From positions 35,779,577-35,813,545 of the forward strand of contig NC_068991.1 of NCBI RefSeq assembly GCF_001194135.2: DNA of 33,969 bases, read 5' to 3'. The notes under the pieces were generated by a model. It was not told the DNA's origin. It did no database searches and saw only the letters and a program-made list of their open reading frames with translations. Positions 23,745-33,874 of this stretch are shown piece by piece (position 1 is the stretch's first letter; each line of letters starts with the position of its first letter). This DNA is from Octopus bimaculoides (taxonomy: Eukaryota). The translations under genes were made by a program, and so were the position numbers.

Positions 23745-25650
23745 TTACCCCCTCCTGGATCATACCCGATATATCTCGAATTTCGACAATGTTATTTTTG
23801 GGGAAAGATACGATATATATCGTTAAAATATGTTACAAAATGGAATGGTAACGTGATATCGCATGCTTTCCAAGTTTGCTGGATCAGTCTGATAAACATA
23901 TTCATATGTTTGGTACCCAAAAGCAGCGACCAATGTCCGAGTTTGTAAGTTTCCCCACATCGCTCGAAGGGAGAGCACACATGAATTCTAGCTTGCTCAC
24001 TGAAGTCAGCGTTTTTCTTTTCTACATTTGATTGCCGACTACCTAATAATGAATAGTTAAGATATGTATCCAGAGAGTGGGTGGTGAAAGATAATGATGG
24101 TGATATATCTTTAGAGACCAAATCTATCTCCTCCGATGATGAGTCTGATGCCGAGAATTTCAATAGCAGAAGGCAATGGTGTCATATTGATATAGCTTAT
24201 GAAGATACCCCACTTTCTCTTCTAAGATATCCTTTTACAACAACATCAGGAATAAAGATGGATGGCAACGTCACTGCAATGACATACCTTGGTTTCTTCT
24301 TCCAGGTGTTTGCTGAAACATTGATTTTTTTCGGGAAAACAGATTTGTTTTTAGAATTCAGCAAGTAATTGGACACCACTTACACCTGCAGAACCTCATG
24401 TTTTTTTGGACAGAAAATGATTCAAGGCAGAGTTACATTACCAGGAAAAGTATTGCATTGGTCAAAAATTCTTTGTTTTAGAAATCAATCGGCAGAGAAA
24501 AATAAAACAGTACCTTCATTTCTCTGAAAATTATGACCCTGAAACTTACACACTTCCTAAAGTAAATAAGGTATATTATATGGTAGCAAATTTTCAGAGT
24601 TCATACATTCCAAAAAGGGACGAAAAAGGACGTTGCTTTTAGGAAAAGGAACAATGCCTGTTGATGAATTCACTGACCTCCCAATGTAGTTTTAGCACTC
24701 AAGAAACTTTTGCTACAAGTTTACTGCCTTAGTATTGATAATGTTTTTGCAAGGCCACAACTAGCAGATATATTTGTCCAGAATTATATTGACATATATA
24801 GCACGACGCCAAAATAGAATGGAAATACTTTAACTACCGAAGAGGGGAAATTTGTACGAGTTGGAGAGGAAAGGTTTTGGCCCTAAAATTGAAAGATAAA
24901 TAAGATGTGTGCCTGTTGTTTACAATCCACACTCCAACAATAAAGAAAGTAGCTTCTCGAATAAAAGTTGTGAAAAAGCCAAAGTATGTTTGTGACTACA
25001 AATTAATACTGGGAGGAGTTGACAAGGTCGACCAGCATTTTAGTTATTACCACATACCTAGAAAAGATGGTATGAAGTACAACTGATGGATTTTGCACCA
25101 TGGAATTTATACATCCTTTATGAAGCATCTCTTATAGATGCTAATGAGGACGCAGAGGACAACTATAATCATGACTATGAAAATGCAGAAGCGGCTTGAA
25201 AAATTCTTACTTATATACAATATAGATTATAATTGATCGATCGAACAATCACGATGAATCATTGACATATTCCGCATTTAGAAGATGGAAGACCTCAATG
25301 CCTCATAATCCTACTCGTTTTTTTTTTTACGAAGAAATTTTCTTGTGAATATTCCCTCTACTGAGAAGACAAAATACCCAACAAGATAATGCAAAATTTG
25401 TGCAATGAAACGACACAATATCCGGAAAATATTAGTAAAGAATTACAATATGTGTACTCAGTCTGTAATGTTCTCCTATGTGTAACGTCAGGCTTCTAAA
25501 ATGACCATTTTATATACATGATCTCTGTTTCTTGCAAATAAAGTATCCTCTTTCTTGCTTTTTACTACTTTTACTGCTTTTTAAAATTTTAATTACAATT
25601 TTAAAAAAAATTAAAAAAACGAGATATCGCATTTACCTGAATGAGCGTAT
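23745..25650 (+). mobile_element. piggyBac DNA transposon fossil with degenerate ends
   Basis: Left end TTAC-CCCCTCCTGGATCATACCCGATATATCTCG (TTAA-CCC-like); right end CGAGATATCGC at 25620-25630 partly complements it. Transposase remnants lie inside. Boundaries are approximate. Confidence 0.75.
24081..25510 (+). pseudogene. piggyBac transposase pseudogene
   Basis: Acidic N-terminus; YCLSIDNVFARPQLAD (second catalytic D, 24737); GKVLALKLKDK*DVCLLFTIH; KPKYVCDYKLILGGVDKVDQ (third D, 25012-25035); C-terminal KYPTR*CKIC...SVCNVLLCV (Cys-rich domain). First-D region degraded. Confidence 0.9.
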
Positions 25651-27530
25651 CATATAATTATTGAAAAAAGATAGAATTTTAAGAATAAAGAGAAACAAGA
25701 ATAAAGGGAAAGCTTTCATTTTAAGAAACAAAATTCAATTCAAAATGAAATTATTTGTCTGGGAATCGATTCAAATCAGTTTTAATAAATAACTTATGCT
25801 TAAGCTTGCATTTAGTGGTGTTCGGGAGTTCATAATCGATATAGGTGTCTTGTCTTTTCTGGCTACATGAATTACATCAATAAGGAAGTAGTTCTCATAT
25901 CTGAGTGGAATAGGAATTCTGTTTGAAAATATATATTATTTACGATATATTAGCATTTGGCCTAAAACTAATCGTGTTTCTGGGGTGTTTAACGCTTCAT
26001 AAGGTGAATTTTGGTACTGGACCAGTAGATGCTTGTAATTCAAGAACAAACATTGGAGTAGTCCTAAATCAACCCTGATCCAGCCAGATTATCATTAAAG
26101 GAGGAATTACTTTATATAGTTGGAGGCTCAATCAAGTACGGTCTACGTCAGGGAAAGCAGAGTTCATGATTCGGCTTTAATATTTTGTATGACGTGAGCT
26201 CAAACGAGCTCAATTAACATACGACAACAATGCTATTAGAAAAATAAGAATATTATTGCAATATTCTTCATGCTTTTCCTGCAAAGTAGAGAGCATTTTT
26301 GTCTTATCAAAAAGAACTCTCGAGTAGCGTATAACAAGTTGCAGCATCGTGGGTAGCATATGACAGAATGCAACATTTTGATCGTAGTATAATTTCAATA
26401 CCCAGATGGTTCAAATATTGTCCAAAGGAAAGCCATTGCAAATAATAAAATATCCCACGTTTCGGTTCTTAAAATCATAAATCTACGGGCATATAAAAAG
26501 AGAAACGGCTTTTAAATTTCAGAAAAGGAGATAAGTAAAAGCATATATTTGTTTAAAATTCTGTGCATGTTCATTAGTCAAAAGACATTAATATACGCAC
26601 CCCCACCACACACACATCACACCACACACTCACGCAGTGTGCTAAAACACTATCTTTAAGATGGCCGGTTGGCACATATTATTCTGTCGACACTAGCAGG
26701 AAGTAAGTGATAGCATCCCCTATCCATTTCCACACAATAAACTGAACTTAGGATTTGATTTGTTTTTGCATTTTAAATGCTCTCCTTTAATCACATCTTG
26801 CACACACACATTTTAAACATTTAGCATCCAGTCTTCCAACATAGTACCTATCCTTGCGTCTTTAAATCCATTGTGTGCTTTCATACAAGCTTTCTATATT
26901 TTCTGTTTGTTACACGCCAATTCCAGTCTTTTTTCTCTTTTTCCTCTGAGTCATTTGCTTGTGTTTTTGCTTGCTCAAAAATTTCAGATTCTCTTGCATT
27001 AACTTTTCTTCAATAGTTTTCTTGATGTTTGATCGAGAATTTTACATTCTCTTCCATTAACCATTCAGTTATTTTCTTGATTTTGTAATCTTTGTTCTGG
27101 ACGTTCTATGCTACGTTCCTGATCGATAGTTCAACGTTTATTTCTACTGGGTAACATTGTTTTATTCCCTCATTCTCACATTATTCCTTTCCTTTATTCT
27201 CTCTGTCTTTCTTTTTCTGTTTCATTCTCACTCTATGTCGCTAACACCTATTTATTTTCTTCTTCACTTTCTCTGTCTATTCTGTTCCAAGGCACCTATT
27301 CGTTTTTTCCTCTCTCCTGAAGTGAAGTTGAATTTTACCGCATATATATGTGAAACTAAAAAAAAACTTAAAGGGTGGAAACTTTCGTTATTAGCGACGA
27401 AAGGAGCATTGGTTCAAAATAGTATTCTGTATATCTTACTTAACGTCGATATACTGTAGAAAGTCACAAAAGTGTATTCGTCATGTGTTCATCCATCTTC
27501 AGAAAGCTTCTCGTAATCGACGTATTGTGC

Positions 27531-27798
27531 TAAAACGCACTGAAATGTATCATTAACAGATGAAAAGCGTCCAGCAGCAGTAGTGGAATTGTTAAATCAT
27601 GATTGCCATGTCTTCTCATGTTATCAGTTGCAAGTATTAATCGCTTGCTTGGATAAATTTAGCCTCTATTGACATAGAAACACAGTGATTAAAATATTAC
27701 TGGTTGCGCAAATATCCGACAAAGAAATTTAGATTTAGCAATTCCACTACCGCTGCCGAATATTTTCGTCTGCTACTGGTACATTTCTGTGCTGTTTA
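27531..27798. repeat. Imperfect inverted repeat (foldback/MITE-like), ~68-bp arms, 133-bp spacer
   Basis: 27531-27598 versus the reverse complement of 27732-27798: 54/68 identities by manual alignment. Confidence 0.85.
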
Positions 27799-27950
27799 CC
27801 ACTATATATTTATACCAAAAGTTTTCTAAAAACGAATACCGTTTTGTGACTTTCTACAATGTATTCATGTTAGGATATACAGAATGCAATTAAAAGCTTT
27901 GAATTTTTATGTATTTTTAAATCTGTGAGTCTACTATTTAATATATTTAA

Positions 27951-28006
27951 TACATACATGCATACATACATACATACATATATACATACATACATACATA
28001 CATACA
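27951..28006. repeat. (TACA)n microsatellite
   Basis: Direct reading of the sequence. Confidence 0.95.
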
Positions 28007-28054
28007 TTTTCAGCTGATATAAGCATGGAATTTGGCTAAAAGAAATGTTCATAT

Positions 28055-28760
28055 TTGGTTATAGAACGAGGCAAGTCAGCCCGACCAAACCCAAAAGCTG
28101 TCCATCAACGGTCTCTCTATCTCCCCCATTCCACACAAAGAATGTTACAAGTATCATATGAAGGCACTGTGAATAAAGATAGAGTGACCCAAGAAGATCA
28201 CACCAAACTTAGGAAAATATGGCAATCTCCTCTTATAACAAAACAATATCCCACAATGCATTTGCAGTACCAGTGCTGATCCCAACATTTGGGATACTCG
28301 ATTGGTCTGTAGAAGAAATCCACTCCATAGATATCAAAACCCGCAAAATCCTGACAGCTGGTAACTTCCACAGAAACATTGATGTTGACAAGCTCTACCT
28401 ATGAAGAAATGAAGGTAGTAGAGGTCTGAGATCAATGTGGACGGCCTTCGAATGCCGTATAGTATCACTCAGGTAGCACCTGCTAAACAACAGCAGCAAA
28501 AATAATTATATAAATGCGGTGCTGAAAAGTAAAGTGAGCAACATGTTTGAGATGGCAGTGAGGCCTTCAAGAAGTACTCTCTTCCTGATGATCTCCTATA
28601 CAGCCCCAAAACAGTTAGGCTCTCTCACCTCAGAGGAGACCTGGATGGAAAACACTCAGCATACAAAAAAAAAAAAAACTATGCATGGGTATGTTGCCCG
28701 GAAGCTTGAAGAAGACAGTAGAATTGACACGAAGCGCAGCCTCTCTTTAAGACAATAAAC
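28055..28760 (+). pseudogene. Non-LTR retrotransposon RT C-terminal fragment, R4/Dong-like (REL-endonuclease clades)
   Basis: LRKIWQSPL / SSYNKTISHNAFAVPVLIPTFGILDWSVEEIHSIDIKTRKILT.GNFHRNIDVDKLYL*RNEGSRGL / MHGYVARKLEEDSRID match the NK..A.N..A.PVL..FG...W...E...D.KTRK.LT....H...DV.RLYL.R..GGRGL signature. Confidence 0.8.
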
Positions 28761-28812
28761 CGATATATATATTTAAAACAAGTATTCAGGAAATTATATA
28801 TATGTATATATA

Positions 28813-28973
28813 NNNNNNNNNNNNNNNNNNNNNNNNNNNNNNNNNNNNNNNNNNNNNNNNNNNNNNNNNNNNNNNNNNNNNNNNNNNNNNNNNNNNNNNN
28901 NNNNNNNNNNNNNNNNNNNNNNNNNNNNNNNNNNNNNNNNNNNNNNNNNNNNNNNNNNNNNNNNNNNNNNNNN
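28813..28973. other. Assembly gap
   Basis: Run of N flanked by (TA)n. Confidence 0.99.
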
Positions 28974-29015
28974 TATATATGAATGTATATATACATAAGT
29001 GTGTGTGTGTGTGTG

Positions 29016-29995
29016 TTAAATAAAACGTGACAACAAACAGAAAGCTGAGTAGAATTTTCAAGATATTTATAAAAGGAAGTTAGTCTTACAGCTGTTTCTG
29101 GGATATTCGGGATATCTCTTGATCAGTGACGATGTGAGATGGTTAAATAGAGAGAAATATTAGAGTTCAATATGAGGAGTTATTTTGGAAAAGGAAGCAA
29201 ATAAGGAGTATATAAGGAAATAGAAGAATGAATGTAGAAATAAAAATAAAAATGTATAAAGATGTTATAGCTGCAGTTCCATTATCCAAGGAGTGAGGTG
29301 TGTAGAAGTGTGTAGAAGTAGTACCTAGGGCCTCGTTATATTTATTTAGTAGTATTGAAGAGTTGTGCTTTAATATGTGGAATGCCTCTTTAGGCATAGC
29401 TGAGAGGCTGAGCGTTGAGAAGTGGGGTGTATACCATAGAACAGAGCGTCCGCTGCTTTTTTTTAGTTGCCTAAGGGTAGTGTTATCTATACTTTTAGAA
29501 ATTAGAGGTGGGTAATATGGCCCGTTAATGTTAGGTGTTTTAGCATTTGCCCTAGTGCTATATGTATGCGTGTGGGGGGTCTAAGTTGTCTTAATCTGGG
29601 TTCTCCCGAGGTTCTAGTATAGTGTATGTGTGTGGTCTGTTGCGATTCTGGTGGTTGGCATGTCGTTGTGAAATGAGTTGAGATATACGTTGCTTGAGCT
29701 TAGTATTAGGGATGTATTTTATTTCTTTGGGAGAAGCCGTTGGCAGTGAGCGCTTGGTTGTAATATATGGGCATGGTTATCAAATGTTTCCGCAGTGGAT
29801 GAGAGGTCAGGTATACGAACTGAGATACCCTTAACAATATTATGAAAGGTGGATTTGTGGTGATTGGAATTAATGTTTAAGTACTTGAGGTATTGGTTAG
29901 GTCTGTGATATGGTGAGTATTGTGAGGTTTCTAAGTTTAAAGTTACATCTAGAAAATTAACGGTTTTGTGGGAATTTTCAAAAGTAATAGTGCGT
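29016..29995 (-). mobile_element. Penelope-like element: RT thumb region plus 3' pLTR, 5'-truncated and internally deleted
   Basis: TVNFLDVTLNLETSQYSPYHRPNQYLKYLNINSNHHKSTFHNIVKGISVRIPDLSS; YNQALTANGF; GRSVLWYTPHFS; EAFHILKHNSSILLNKYNEAL; ~300-bp terminal segment repeated inverted at 30610-30901. Confidence 0.85.
29083..29130 (-). ncRNA. Minimal type-I hammerhead ribozyme motif, G8 mutated (CUGAUCA)
   Basis: Minus strand GTCA-CTGATCA-A-GAGATAT-CCCGA-ATATCCC-A-GAAA-CAGCTG-TA-AGAC: stem II, GAAA, palindromic CAGCTG stem III, GUA cleavage triplet, GUC/GAC stem I. Confidence 0.75.
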
Positions 29996-30609
29996 GCGTA
30001 TATCGATATACACGTCTTTCTTTCTTTCTCCCTGATTCATCTACCCACATTACCACATTAGCCAGTAGAATAAACACATAAGTCTATTTATAAAAACTTG
30101 ACCATTCTTAGTATTCTTCCTTTCCAATTTATGGTTTACTACTCACTTTAGAAAAAACCCTCCTATACCTTTTTTTCTGAACTCGTCCCTTAATGCCATT
30201 CTAAAATTTTCCCCCATCTCACACACCTCACACATACTCATTACTTACATTCTTAACTTTTCTTACTCTTTCCCTCCTCTTCTCCCATCCCCCTCATAAT
30301 ATCTTGACCACAAAATAACACTCCTTTTCCACTTTCTTTTTTCACTTCCTTACACTTTTTTCATTTTCTCTTCTTGTTTTCATTTTCTCCTCCTCTTTCA
30401 TTTTCTGACCTTTTCCTTTGACCTTTCTCTTCATTTTAACATACACATCTCTTCTCCCCTCTCTATCCACTTAATACTACCACTACATTCTCAAATTTTC
30501 ATTCACATCACAAGAGGCCTTTGAATGAACAGCACATGGAATCTACGTCCCCATATTTTCCATTTGCGATGACAAAATATGAATTTACATACCACGGAGA
30601 GGAAGCATT

Positions 30610-30901
30610 TCTACCACTTCTACACACCACTTTCCACGGATAATGGAACTGCAACTATAACTTCTTTATACATTTTTATTTTGACTTCTACATTAATTCT
30701 CCTATTTCCTTATATACCCCTTATTTGCTTTCTTTCCCAAAATAACTCCTCATATTGAACTCTAATATTTCCTTCTATTTAACCATCTCACATCGTTTCT
30801 GATGAAGCGATATCCCCAAAACAGCTGTAAGACTAACTTTCTCTTTATAAATATCCTGAAAATTCCACACAGCCTTGTCTTTGTTGTCTCATTTTATTTA
30901 A
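30610..30901 (+). mobile_element. Second Penelope pLTR, inverted relative to 29016-29320
   Basis: Collinear with the reverse complement of 29016-29320 (e.g. CCAAAATAACTCCTCATATTGAACTCTAATATTT and TATTTAACCATCTCACATCG identical); roughly 80-85% identity by eye. Confidence 0.88.
30795..30833 (+). ncRNA. Minimal hammerhead motif, G12 lost and stem II shortened
   Basis: GTTT-CTGATGA-AGCGATATCCCC-AAAA-CAGCTG-TA-AGAC. Confidence 0.68.
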
Positions 30902-31039
30902 CATATACATGCTCATACAAGACCCGGATTAGACTCCTTACTCGTATCATTATCGAACCGAGAGTTTAATTACTCTCCTTCCATAGCACTTACATAGCCT
31001 TACCTGCCACCTTGGATCTTCTGGATACCAATACCTCTC

Positions 31040-31097
31040 NNNNNNNNNNNNNNNNNNNNNNNNNNNNNNNNNNNNNNNNNNNNNNNNNNNNNNNNNN
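31040..31097. other. Assembly gap
   Basis: Run of N. Confidence 0.99.
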
Positions 31098-31463
31098 ATA
31101 TATATATATATATACATATATGCGTGTGTGTAGATGTATATATTTATAATCATAAAACATTTATCATTAACCTTCTTTGCCTCTAAATTCAGTTACCTAT
31201 ATCGATGGTTTGCCAGGTCATATTGAAATATTTCTAAATAATGGTATCGATGCCAGAAAATAGACGATGAAAACGTTCTTCCGGGTGTGTAAACCGGCAG
31301 TCATCTGGAAAAGTTGGTATAAGAGATGACGAGAGGAAGTGCCAGGAAGTATAGTGCGAATTAAGTAATTGTTATTTAAAAAAAAAAAGTACAAAAATAT
31401 TAAAAGAAAATACTATTACACTGAGTTACTTTAGGAGAGAGGTAGTTGATGTGATAAGTGGTC

Positions 31464-31584
31464 GGTAGGAAGATCTGGTATTAGTGTAATTTGTATTGAT
31501 TAAAGTTTTTTTAGTATTGCTTTTTGAAAAAGCTACAGAAAAAGAGAAAATGCTTAAATAACCACATATATGTATATGTATGGT

Positions 31585-31610
<26 letters not shown>
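31464..31610 (+). repeat. ~147-bp segment duplicated identically at 32069-32215
   Basis: Base-for-base identity by eye, offset 605; the second copy starts at the gap edge. Confidence 0.93.
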
Positions 31611-31629
<19 letters not shown>

Positions 31630-31884
31630 GTGAGAAAGTTGGTATGTGAAAGCACGTGGTTGGATGTATAAAAGATAATAAGAGTGAAAAAACTACAGAA
31701 GGCTTGTGTTACATGGTTAAAGTATATATTTAAATTATGTCAGAAAAATGTTAGAAAAATGTTATAAAATCTGTTTGGTATATAAACATTGTATTTTGAG
31801 AAATAACCGGTTTCGTGTTGTCTTTTCAAATTTCTCTACTTCATTGTGTCGTGTTCTATATATATATATATATATATATATACA

Positions 31885-32068
31885 NNNNNNNNNNNNNNNN
31901 NNNNNNNNNNNNNNNNNNNNNNNNNNNNNNNNNNNNNNNNNNNNNNNNNNNNNNNNNNNNNNNNNNNNNNNNNNNNNNNNNNNNNNNNNNNNNNNNNNNN
32001 NNNNNNNNNNNNNNNNNNNNNNNNNNNNNNNNNNNNNNNNNNNNNNNNNNNNNNNNNNNNNNNNNNNN
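31885..32068. other. Assembly gap
   Basis: Run of N. Confidence 0.99.
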
Positions 32069-32320
32069 GGTAGGAAGATCTGGTATTAGTGTAATTTGTA
32101 TTGATTAAAGTTTTTTTAGTATTGCTTTTTGAAAAAGCTACAGAAAAAGAGAAAATGCTTAAATAACCACATATATGTATATGTATGGTTATATATATAT
32201 ATATGTATATATATAGATACATATATATATATGTAAATATACATGCATATATACATATACATATATACATATACATATATACATATATGCATGCATATAC
32301 ACACATCCATGCATTCATAC

Positions 32321-33499
32321 TTACTTATCGAGGCGCCATCTCGTCAGGCTGATTGCCAGGGCTCGCCTGACTATCTCTCTCCAACCCTCCCGATCTTCCA
32401 TTAGTGATTTTAGGTCTTCAACTTGGCATCCAACATCTGCAACTTTTGTATATACGTCTCCCATGGTCTTCCAGCCCCTGTGGTACCATGACTTGGTTCT
32501 CCACAGCAACACATTACGCACAAGTTCTTCTTTACTTCTCCAGCAGTGGCCAGCAAACCACAATTTCCGCTCTTGGATGGTTGATGAGAAAGTTGGTACA
32601 TTCTCAAACAACCATTGTTTTGTTGGGTGCTCCCCCAAGAGATATTGAGCACTGCATGTAATATTCTGGTGTAGGCACCGTCCAGCATGTACCTGAGTCT
32701 CCTGGTGAGAGTCCAAGTTAGAGATCCATGTACAAGCGCAGATTCAACATCTGCTCTGAAGAGCTGTTTCTTCAATTTATCTGGTAGGGTTGACTTCCAT
32801 ATTGTTCTAAGACCGTCTATATCTGCTCAAGCCTTAGCAACGTGAGATTTAATATCTTTTTCAGTGGACACGATATTACTGCCTAGGTAAGTAAACTCGT
32901 TGACATTTTTCAAGGGCTTCTGTTTGATGGTCCTGCTTTTACCAGTTGTGTTCAGGGTGATAAACTCTATTTTCTTTTAGTTCACATATATGTTAGCGGA
33001 AACATTTTCCACGATATAGAGTTGGCGGAAGCATTATGTTAGCGGAAGCCTTTTCCACGATATAGAGTAAACGTCCAGCATCTTTTGTGTTGTCTGCGAA
33101 GAGCGCTACGTCATCAGCATAATCGGCGTCAGTCAAGTAGGTCGCCGGATATCTTCTGCTCCGAGACTTCTGTAAATTGAAACCCAGATCTTTGTGTTGG
33201 TCTACTGAGGTACGCAATATATAATTGAGACATAGTATGAACAAGTAAGGAGCTAGTGTGTCACTCTGCAGTACTCCCGCACGAACATCGAAGAAGTCAG
33301 TGCCTCCATCTGGTGACCTCACTTTCGCTCGGATGTTTTTATACAGCATCATTACTGACTTTATTGTTTCATCAGGGATTTCTGCCATCTTATTTCTATG
33401 TACAGCGTCAAAGGCCTTGGAGAAATCAAGGATTCGATTGAGTAGCTATGCATTGTAAATCTTCGCTGCAATTTGTGTTAATGTAATTCCTCTGTAATT
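32321..33499 (-). pseudogene. RTE-clade LINE reverse transcriptase, 5'-truncated, internally deleted
   Basis: NYRGITLT, LDFSKAFDAVHR, GVLQSDTLAPYLFIL, DADYADDVAL, NVNEFTYLGS, VESALVHGSLTWTLT, LDGAYTRILHAVLNISW, WFAGHCWRSKEE, MEDREGWRE; short (TAAG) tail. Confidence 0.93.
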
Positions 33500-33871
33500 C
33501 CACCACAAATCCCAAACCCTCGTCATAATTCGTGTGGTGGTGGCAACAGTCTGGGATTGCCTCATTAAGCTATATCGTCCGATGGAAGAAACCTTTTCCT
33601 GTTCTGGCCATGGACAGGAAGATCACCTCCGGTAATCTGACAGGGTCACCGAAGGCGGGCAGGTTGAACGCAAATTGGCAAACAAAGCTCTGATTACCTG
33701 CATGGGGAGCAGCATAGCAGGTGTGAAACCTGGGGGGAAAAACTGTCAACCTAGTCAAGATGCTGGGCAGAGAAATCCAAAACAGGGTCAACCTTCCAGT
33801 CAGAGAAATATTGTGATCATCAATAGACGTGGCTCACACCGATACCTGTACAGAGCCATGGAAAGACTAGT
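33500..33871 (+). mobile_element. Putative 5' UTR and ORF start of an RTE LINE, head-to-head with 32321-33499
   Basis: Non-repetitive and GC-richer than the flanks. ORF 33675-33923 contains RYLYRAMERL, weakly resembling RTLY.AGKL at the start of APE domains. Inferred. Confidence 0.45.
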
Positions 33872-33874
33872 CAT

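Noticed and set aside
26900-27100. Minus-strand Lys/Glu-rich frame resembling a LINE inter-domain region
   Set aside because: Compositional resemblance only; no diagnostic motif.
31270-31330. Minus-strand DDCRFTHP, reminiscent of a CCCH finger end
   Set aside because: The upstream cysteines are absent and the frame is short.
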